44,439 nt of DNA from Octopus sinensis (taxonomy: Eukaryota), in the NCBI RefSeq assembly GCF_006345805.1, contig NW_021834914.1:1-44439 (forward strand), written 5' to 3'. This document shows positions 1-44,439 of the stretch, piece by piece (the first letter of the stretch is position 1; every line of letters starts with the position of its first letter). The notes beneath the pieces are model-generated. The model did no database searches. It was not told the DNA's origin and worked only from the letters and a program-made list of their open reading frames with translations. A program made the translations under genes and the position numbers.

Positions 1-25
1 TTTATTCAGCAAAACACCCAGAGCT

Positions 26-72
<47 letters not shown>

Positions 73-171
73 AAGTTAATCCAAACAAGAAAGCACAAAA
101 AACATAACAACGCGAGGACGTGGAACAAATATAGTATTATTGGACACTCAGGAAAGACGGGAAGAAGGAGG

Positions 172-206
172 GTTTAACGTTTCGAGCGGAGCTCTTCGTC
201 AGAAAC
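172..206 (-). ncRNA. Minimal type I hammerhead motif in a Penelope-like terminal-repeat remnant (about 70-290)
   Basis: GUUU CUGACGA a GAGC ucc GCUC GAAACGU U AAAC. Confidence 0.75.
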
Positions 207-879
207 ATAGAAGGAAAGATCCAGAGAAGGGAAGAGAGGGAAAAAAATCGCCAACGGTACACACGCGGTCACATTTTGAATGACCGGAGGATATAGACTC
301 AGGAAATCGTGTGGCTATCATAGAAAGCTCTGCTAACAAATTCGACTAACACACCTCATAGTAATCCAATACGAAGAATTGTACTGTAGAGAGTCTATGC
401 AGCTGAAATCCGTGTGTGTGTGTCTGCGTGTATGTATATATTTATACGCACACATACACACATACACACATACACACATGCACATATATATAAGTATATA
501 TTTATTTTTTTTAAAGCCAAACAAAAAATGGAACATGAACATAACAGGCGACAACAAAACATGTGGAAAGTTAGACAATACAAAGAAGGACAGGTAAAAA
601 CAAAGACGGGTCATTCGGAGGTTTCTATCGTCAGTCGAGTTCCAGATCTTCCCTGCAGTTTCCACCGCTTATACTCGAGTCTGCTCCATTATAGCCAGCC
701 CCAAGAAAATCTAAGCTAAAAGCACAAGATTCTTTGGAAGAAAGCAAGCGAATGTATACGAAAACAAGGACGAAAATAATGGAGAAATGGTACAAAATTA
801 CAAATAGAAACAAGACATTAACAACAGGTGTCTTTCGACTAAGAATGAATTAGATTAAGCTGGCAGGAACATATGTATG

Positions 880-1500
880 GATAGGTAGGTAGGTAGGTAG
901 GTAGGTAGGTAACTTTGGTAGGTAGGCAGGTAGGTAGGTAGGTAGGTAGGTAGGCAGGCAGGCAGGTAGGTAGGCAGGTAGGTAGGTAGGTAGGTAGGTA
1001 GGTAGGTAGGCAGGTAGGTAGGTAGGTAGGTAGGCAGGTAGGTAGGTAGGTAGGTAGGTAGGTAGGTAGGTAGGTAGGTAGGTAGGCAGGTAGGTAGGTA
1101 TGTAGGCAGGTAGGTAGATAGGTAGGTAGGGTGGTAGGTAGGTAGGCAGGTAGGCAGGTAGGTAGGTAGGTAGGTAGGTAGGTAGGCAGGTAGGTAGGCA
1201 GGTAGGTAGGTAGGTAGGTAGGTAGGTAGGTAGGTAGGCAGGCAGGTAAGTAGGTAGGTAGGTAGGTAGGTAGGTAGGTAGGTAGGTAGGCAGGTAGGTA
1301 GATAGGTAGGTAGGTAGGTAGGTAGGTAGGTAGTAGGTAGTCAGGTAGGTAGATAGGTAGGTAGGTAGGTAGGTAGGTAGGTAGGTAGTAGGTAAGTAGG
1401 TAGGTAGGTAGGCAGGTAGGTAGATAGTTAGGTAGGTAGGTAGGTAGGTAGGTAGGTAGGTAGGTAGGTAGGTAGGTAGGTAGGTAGGTAGGTAGGTAAT
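880..1500 (+). repeat. (AGGT)n microsatellite with AGGC variants, about 620 bp
   Basis: Direct reading; source of the TYLP repeat in ORF 850..1755. Confidence 0.95.
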
Positions 1501-1539
1501 TAGGAAGATAGTGAGGGAGAGAGAAAGATTTTTGCTCAC

Positions 1540-43086
<41,547 letters not shown>

Positions 43087-43184
43087 CTTAAAATATGAAA
43101 AAAAAAAAAGAAGAAGAATTTAGTGACAAGACGGAAAAGAAGACAGAATTTACATTATTTACATTTAACGGATATTTGTCCTCA

Positions 43185-43555
43185 GGTTAGGGCAGCGGAC
43201 TCGCGGTCATAAGATCGCGATTTTCGATTCCAGACCGGGCGTTGTGAGTGTTTATTGAGCGAAAACACCCCTAAAGAAAGTCCACGAGGCTCCGGCAGGG
43301 GATGGTGGTCATCCTGCTGTAATCTTTTCACCACAACTTCTCTCACTCTTACTTCCTGTTTCTTTGTTTACCTGTATTTCAAAGGGCCGGCCTTGTCACT
43401 CTCTGTGTCACGCTGAATATCCCCGAGAACTACGTTCAACGGTACACGTGTCTGTGGAGTGCTCAGCCACTTACACGTTAATTTCACGAGCAGGCTGTTC
43501 CGTTGATTCGGATCAACCGGAACCCTCATCGTCGTAACCGACGGAGTGCTTCCAT
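43185..43555 (+). mobile_element. SINE family B, nearly full-length
   Basis: Matches 17272-17650. Partial copies at 38422-38570 (+), 39669-39893 (+), 42094-42188 (-), 22430-22560 (-) and a diverged copy at 36210-36485 (+). Confidence 0.83.
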
Positions 43556-43635
43556 CCCATTTGTCCTCATCTTCTGCACCTTTCATTCTCGACCACATCC
43601 AGGTCGAACAGCGGTGAAAACAGTCTTTACTCGTT

Positions 43636-44131
43636 TTACTCTTTTACTCTTTTACATGTTTCAGTCATTTGACTGCGGCCATGCTGGAGCACCGCCTTTA
43701 GTCGAATAAATCGACCCCGGGACTTATTCTTTTTGTAAGCCCAGTACTTATTCTATCGGTCTCTTTTGCCGAACCGCTAAGTGACGGGGACGTAGACACA
43801 CCAGCATCGGTGTCAAGCAAGCTAGGGGGACAAACACATACACACAAGCACATACACCACATACACTACAGATATATAAATATATCTATACATATATATA
43901 TATATATATATACTACTATATTATATATATATTAGATATATATTATATATATATATATATACATATATATGACAGGCTTCTTTCAGGTTCCGTCTACCAA
44001 TCCACTCACAAGGCATTGGTCGGCCCGGGGCTATAGCAGAAGACACTGCCCAAGATGCCACGCAGGGGGACTGAACCCGGAACCATGTGGTTGGTTGGCA
44101 AGCTACTTACCACACAGCCACTCCTGCGCCT
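43636..44131 (-). mobile_element. SINE family A, full-length
   Basis: Collinear with other copies. Confidence 0.85.
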
Positions 44132-44190
44132 GAAAATTTCTTGACAATTTTTTGACTGTTTGCCTTATTTTGGGACACCATGTACATATA

Positions 44191-44439
44191 TGGTCGACTT
44201 GATGTAGTTAAAAACAAAATGTCCCACAAATAAATATCGGCTTAGATACAGAGTGCGGTGAATATATTGTCGTCTAAATTACGCAAATATCACAATGCTA
44301 CTGACATTCATTTTAACAGATATTTACCAAAATTACATTAAAATATCTTGAAATACTAAAGAGTAAATTTATTCAAATGAAATCGCCATTGTTATATGGG
44401 TTTTCGTTACAGTCAATATTTCATGGAAAGATTGAAGAA
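44191..44439 (+). repeat. Interspersed repeat, copy 2; runs off window end
   Basis: Near-identical to 6797-7045. Confidence 0.7.

Noticed and set aside
610-645. CUGACGA-ua-GAAAC on the minus strand
   Set aside because: Stem II is absent and there is no convincing stem I or III.
850-1539. TYLP-repeat extension of ORF 850..1755
   Set aside because: Read-through past the GTGAGC donor at 1539 into an (AGGT)n microsatellite; only 1540-1761 is exonic.

Overview
Eukaryotic, AT-rich genomic DNA packed with microsatellites and SINEs. The repeat content resembles what I recall of octopus or another coleoid cephalopod (inference). The minus strand carries the middle of one large ABC-A family lipid transporter gene (ABCA5-like). 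I could chain 21 GT-AG exons from 43086 down to 1540 into one open frame of 3570 nt (1190 aa). It covers the end of ECD1, TMD1, NBD1, the regulatory domain, TMD2/ECD2 and the start of NBD2, and the gene runs off both ends of the window. The introns hold at least five tRNA-headed SINE families, a 5'-truncated Tx1/L1-clade LINE, mariner, RTE and NeSL/HERO-like relics, a TTAA MITE, a 42-bp minisatellite and many simple repeats. Two things stand out. First, there is a dense set of minimal type I hammerhead ribozyme motifs from several families, including one carried inside a tRNA-headed SINE and several in the sense orientation of the pre-mRNA. Second, a Tx1-like LINE is always embedded in (TCTA)n, and its 42-nt 3' tail is shared with one SINE family. 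Most ORFs in the supplied track are microsatellite artefacts. All calls are by eye, with no database searches.
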